A stretch of DNA of 64,000 nucleotides from an uncultured Desulfobacteraceae bacterium (GTDB lineage: Bacteria > Desulfobacterota > Desulfobacteria > Desulfobacterales > UBA5616): assembly GCA_964386565.1 (NCBI GenBank), contig CAYLRU010000005.1, positions 79,068 through 143,067 of the forward strand. Reading direction: 5' to 3'. The translations under genes and the position numbers were made by a program. Below are positions 60,454 to 64,000 of this stretch, one piece after another (within the stretch, counting starts at the first letter, position 1; each line of letters opens with the position of its first letter). A model generated the notes under the pieces. It did not search any database and was not told where the DNA came from. It saw only the letters and a program-made list of their open reading frames with translations.

Positions 60454-60493
60454 TGGAGAGGAGAAAAAAGATGAAGAAATATTTTGGTTTCGC
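60416..60493 (-). ncRNA. candidate ~78-nt sigma-54-dependent small RNA with a CU-rich anti-Shine-Dalgarno region
   Basis: Predicted start about 12 nt downstream of the -12 GC. About 40 nt are unstructured (...CUUCAUCUUUUUUCUCCUCUCCA), then the 13-bp terminator hairpin and U9. There is no plausible ORF. Confidence 0.4.
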
Positions 60494-60500
60494 TTTTTTA

Positions 60501-60520
60501 TAATGCAAGTTCGTTGCCAA
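60501..60520 (-). promoter_or_regulatory. sigma-54 (-24/-12) promoter candidate
   Basis: The minus strand reads TTGGCAACGAACTTGCATTA. GG (60518-60517) and GC (60506-60505) are separated by exactly 10 nt. Matches TGGCAC-N5-TTGCW at 10 of 11 positions. Confidence 0.55.
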
Positions 60521-60994
60521 CTGAAAAATTATTTCCAAAAAAACTCATGGTCATTATTATTTATTTATTATTCAATAGGTTATAATTTCACCAATCATAA
60601 ACCAAGTCTGTTTTAAAGGGTATGGTGATATTTAAAAATGCATCTTTTGTTTAATATTTTGAACCGAAAAATCCCGGAGTTACAGGAACCTGCTGTATTT
60701 ATTCATTTTATTTGCCATTATAAAAAGTTCAAGATTTTGAACCCAATCAGAATGATCTGATGTGACAAGCTGCCTGTCAATAAAAAAACATCTGTCAATT
60801 CTGTTTGCCTGTCGATAAAAATAAACATGGGCATCAGCCAGACTAAGCTATTTTACGTATAATTCAAAATACTTATAACATAAATAATCCAAAGAAACGT
60901 CCGGGAAACAATCCGATGCCGGCTGTATGGGCAATGCCGGACAGACGGTTTAAAAAAATAAACCCGGCATATCCCCTGCGCTGTTCCGTGGTGG

Positions 60995-62620
60995 TCAAAC
61001 CCTGCACCCCTTCATCCGGATGGTCCCCAGGCCGCGAAGAAAGCCTCTGGTCAATTTCTGCGATATCCGGTGCTCATAAATCTCCCCCTCCGGGGTCACC
61101 CCGCGTATTTTTCCATCTTCCAAAAACCATGCGAGCAGCCTCAACCCCGTATCTTCACGGCCTTTCCGGACGAACTCCTCCTTTTTAAACACCGCCGGGC
61201 CCGGTATTTCTTTCCCTTCATCGATCAACCGTTTCATGAAATTTAAAATCCGCGTCAACCGCAACAGGGTAACGGCTTCGATCCGCCGTGTCGTATGGGA
61301 TATGGGCAGGGCGCAGGACCGCATTAAAGAAAAGTCTCCGGGCAGAATGCCCCGTTTCCGGCAGTCTTCAAAATCCCTGCTGCCGGGAGCGGGATAGTAG
61401 ATGGAAAGGCCTGCCAAAACCCTTTGCCCCGAGAGAAATAACAGGTCCTGCAGAGATTCGCCGGCTGTCTGGTGCGGAGCGCCGGCAATAATATAGCCCA
61501 CCGCATCCAGCCCGTATTCTTGTGCCCACGCCAGGGCTTTCTGAAAATCCCGTGTGACATCGGGCCTGGTAAATCGTTCCAGTTGTTTTTTCCGTGTGGA
61601 GCATAAAGAAAGATTAAGCGCGGAAAACCCGGCATCTTTCATTGCAGCGACCACGGTTTCATCAAGTGATGGCGGGAACAGGCCGTTCATGGCCCGGAGT
61701 TCCATATTCAGCGATTTAAACTGAATCGTTATCTCCTTTAAAAGAGAGAGGAACCAGGCCTTATCCATGGACAGGTTTTCATCTTCAAAGTCCACGAATC
61801 CGACGTCTCCCCGCATCGTCGCATTTCCGATTTCCCGTATCACGGCGTCAACGGACTTTTTCCGGTATGGAAATACGGATGATGCACCCACACAGCAGTA
61901 AGAACACCGCATGGGACATCCCCGTCCCGTAATAACCACAATGCTCCGCCTGTTTTTTCGATTATAAAAGGAGTGGTTTATAAGATGATCGGCAGGCAGG
62001 GGGAAATCATCCAATCGATCCATAAAAACCGGGCGGCCGATATGAAATTGACCGGGTCCGGTTTTATATCCGAGCCCCGGAAGACCTCTCACGGAAGCAT
62101 GGTTTTTTATCGCTTCTGCCAGAAGCGGCATGGTGACCTCCCCTTCGCCCCGGATGATATAATCCACGGCGTCACACTTCAACACATCTTCCGGGCAATA
62201 CGTGGGATGATGGCCGCCTATGACCACACGGCAACCGGGATTTGCCTTTTTTGCAATCCCGGCCGTTTCAAGCGCTTCATTGCTATAGGCCGTAAACAGG
62301 GATGAAATCCCCACCAGGAATGCCCCGGACGCCTTCACCCGGTTCCCGATGTATTCATAGCTGTATCCGTAATGGCGAAAGTGGTGAAACAGGGCAAAAG
62401 GTGAGATGTCCTCCTTTCCATAGAACGGATCCAGATAGGCCATTTTCATGGGCTTTTGAAGGATACGCGATTTTGAGGTGGCCAGGGCGTCAAGGATCTC
62501 CACGTCAAATCCCCGTTCAATCAGGGCCCCGGCAATGCAGGCCAGTCCGTAGGGGATGGTTCGCTTCGCGGTAAGATAAAAATCCCTGATGGGGGGTTGT
62601 ATCAGGAGAATATCGGCCAC
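60995..62620 (-). CDS. B12-binding-domain radical SAM protein (class B)
   Basis: N-terminal cobalamin-binding-like Rossmann domain (ILLIQPP...GLACIAGAL...GFDVEILD), then GRGCPMRCSYCC (CxxxCxxC). Confidence 0.82.
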   Translation of the reverse strand: MADILLIQPPIRDFYLTAKRTIPYGLACIAGALIERGFDVEILDALATSKSRILQKPMKMAYLDPFYGKEDISPFALFHHFRHYGYSYEYIGNRVKASGAFLVGISSLFTAYSNEALETAGIAKKANPGCRVVIGGHHPTYCPEDVLKCDAVDYIIRGEGEVTMPLLAEAIKNHASVRGLPGLGYKTGPGQFHIGRPVFMDRLDDFPLPADHLINHSFYNRKNRRSIVVITGRGCPMRCSYCCVGASSVFPYRKKSVDAVIREIGNATMRGDVGFVDFEDENLSMDKAWFLSLLKEITIQFKSLNMELRAMNGLFPPSLDETVVAAMKDAGFSALNLSLCSTRKKQLERFTRPDVTRDFQKALAWAQEYGLDAVGYIIAGAPHQTAGESLQDLLFLSGQRVLAGLSIYYPAPGSRDFEDCRKRGILPGDFSLMRSCALPISHTTRRIEAVTLLRLTRILNFMKRLIDEGKEIPGPAVFKKEEFVRKGREDTGLRLLAWFLEDGKIRGVTPEGEIYEHRISQKLTRGFLRGLGTIRMKGCRV

Positions 62621-62638
62621 GGCGGGTTTAGATTGAAA

Positions 62639-63037
62639 CTAATATTTTGCTTTTGAAAGGAATTTTATACCGATGCCGTCAGGTTCCATCCTGATGATTT
62701 CCCCTGCCAGGCGAACGTAGCCATCATCGGTTGAGTCCGGGATGTTGACCATGATCATCTGTCCGATTTTAAAGGACTCTCCGGTCTCGATAAACATTCC
62801 GCTGGTACTGATATCCCTTATGAGACCCGTGTAGGTAAAGTTTTCAAAATCAAAATATACTGTTTTATGATACGATTTTCTGATATCCCCCCGTTTGGCC
62901 TCCGGATCTTCTTCAACAAACGGCGAGGTGAGCCGGTCCAACAAAGACGACCGTTTTTCCGGCGGCATATCAAGAATCAGTCTGATCAATTCCTCGAGAA
63001 CCTTGCTGTCGCCCGATTCGGTATCTGAAAAATTCAT
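62639..63037 (-). CDS. PilZ domain protein (putative c-di-GMP receptor)
   Basis: RxxxR (RGDIR) and DxSxxG (DISTSG) motifs at PilZ spacing. Stop lies 18 nt before the radical SAM start. Confidence 0.72.
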   Translation of the reverse strand: MNFSDTESGDSKVLEELIRLILDMPPEKRSSLLDRLTSPFVEEDPEAKRGDIRKSYHKTVYFDFENFTYTGLIRDISTSGMFIETGESFKIGQMIMVNIPDSTDDGYVRLAGEIIRMEPDGIGIKFLSKAKY

Positions 63038-63353
63038 ACCCCCGCCCTCTCTTCAAGAACAACCCTGTTTGTTGATGTGTAAGGAAACTTCAGGAAAACC
63101 ATAAACGAGAAACAGCGTAAAGTCAATAGCGTCGACATTACATGACCGGCCCGTCGCACCCGGCGGCCTTTCTCATTATGCGATGATGCCTGACCGGTTT
63201 TTCCATACATTCGGAAATTTCGAAAAAACACCCGCTTTTTTAATTTTTCCCTTTACCTTCGGTAAACAATTTTATTATAGGACAGATTTTATATTTTACA
63301 GACACCACGGAACACCAACTGGAATAAATACAAAAATAATAAGGAGGGTTCTC

Positions 63354-63929
63354 GTGAATTCAAAAATCGTTAAGGACCTGATGGTTCCCCTTTCCGAGTA
63401 CGCCACGGTTTCAGAGGATGCAACACTCTATGAAGCCGTGATGGCGCTTCGAAAGGCCCAGGAAGCATTTGACCAGACCCGGGACCGTCACCGGGCGATC
63501 CTTGTCTACAACAAATTCAATAAAATCGTCGGCAAGATCAGTCAACTCGACGTACTTCATGCCCTGGAACCCAAATACGGGGAACTGGGCGATTCCCATC
63601 TCTTATCCAGATTCGGATTGTCCAGATACGGGTTCAGCCCGAAATTTATGAAGGCCATGATGACCCAGTTCAACCTGTGGGACAAATCACTGGAGGAAAG
63701 CTGCAGAATCGCGGGCAGGCTGAAAGTCAAAGACATCATGTACACCCCCACTTTGGGAGAATTCGTTGAAGACACCGCCACACTGTCCGTTGCCATTCAT
63801 CAGTTGTTTATAGGACACCATCAGTCATTGCTGGTGACTCACGGTAAAGACATCGTCGGCATTTTACGGCTTACCGATGTCTTTCGGGAGATCAGCCGGA
63901 CATTTGAAGCTATCGGACAAACCGGTTGA
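63354..63929 (+). CDS. CBS-pair domain protein
   Basis: Two CBS-like modules (VKDLMVPL...; VKDIMYTP...LLVTHGKDIVGILRLTDV). AAGGAGG SD 6 nt before the GTG at 63354; the ORF-track start at 63183 lacks an SD. Confidence 0.78.
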   Translation: MNSKIVKDLMVPLSEYATVSEDATLYEAVMALRKAQEAFDQTRDRHRAILVYNKFNKIVGKISQLDVLHALEPKYGELGDSHLLSRFGLSRYGFSPKFMKAMMTQFNLWDKSLEESCRIAGRLKVKDIMYTPTLGEFVEDTATLSVAIHQLFIGHHQSLLVTHGKDIVGILRLTDVFREISRTFEAIGQTG

Positions 63930-64000
63930 TCAAAATTTAATCCCCCGCAGGCCGGACAGGACAGGACTTCGACAGTAAGGATTTTTTAACGATTTTTCAG

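Noticed and set aside
60471-60503. 10-codon plus-strand ORF MKKYFGFAFL with a strong GGAGAGGAG SD.
   Set aside because: The SD-like sequence is simply the complement of the CU-rich tract of the minus-strand sRNA candidate. The peptide is too short for a membrane toxin, and no gene follows on the plus strand. A tiny leader or micropeptide cannot be strictly excluded without ribosome profiling.
60498-60554. 18-aa minus-strand ORF MTMSFFGNNFSVGNELAL, considered as a possible RiPP precursor for the upstream B12 radical SAM enzyme.
   Set aside because: No Shine-Dalgarno sequence. It lies 440 nt from the radical SAM stop, and its 3' half coincides with the sigma-54 -24/-12 element, which explains the sequence better.
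1-64000. Scan for CRISPR arrays, tRNA/rRNA genes, transposases, integrases, toxin-antitoxin pairs and defence systems.
   Set aside because: I found no regularly spaced direct repeats, no tRNA-like T-arm or acceptor sequences in the intergenic regions, and no ORF with recombinase, transposase, nuclease or defence-type motifs. The scan was visual only.

Overview
This window looks like ordinary chromosome from an anaerobic Desulfobacterota-like (Desulfobacterales-type) bacterium. That placement is inferred only from gene content: EtfAB with a CCG-type Fe-S protein, IorAB, class II RNR, many sigma-54 regulators and type IV pilus genes. About 50 tightly packed genes are supported. I found no rRNA, tRNA, CRISPR array, transposase, integrase or prophage. 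Housekeeping genes: glnS, lpxC, rsmD, coaD, nrdJ, pcm, serS, thrC, recN, rdgB, GTP-PEPCK, ampG and iorAB. Regulators: an NtrY/NtrX-like pair preceded by a DUF4390-like gene, a second histidine kinase with a sigma-54 activator, a 7TM-GAF kinase, TetR, two XRE-type HTH proteins, PilZ and CBS proteins. Four regions stand out. (1) 25.7-39.5 kb is an extended type IV pilus locus: a LysM protein and PilW/PilF-like pilotin on the plus strand converge on XRE-pilMNOPQ, which is followed by a 1733-aa lipoprotein. That protein combines Ig-like repeats with an Asp-box propeller interrupted by tandem ~55-70 aa modules I do not recognise. (2) 60.3-61.0 kb is an AT-rich non-coding island with a near-consensus sigma-54 promoter feeding a ~78-nt terminator-ended RNA with an anti-Shine-Dalgarno stretch, plus upstream TGTCA repeat sites. 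(3) 2.0-10.6 kb is a TetR-flanked cluster of two FAD oxidases, a CCG Fe-S protein, EtfAB and a cytoplasmic arylsulfotransferase-like protein. (4) 59.0-60.3 kb is a NifU-like / HTH-Cys-rich / MOSC operon. All product names come from motif recognition by eye. No database search was run.
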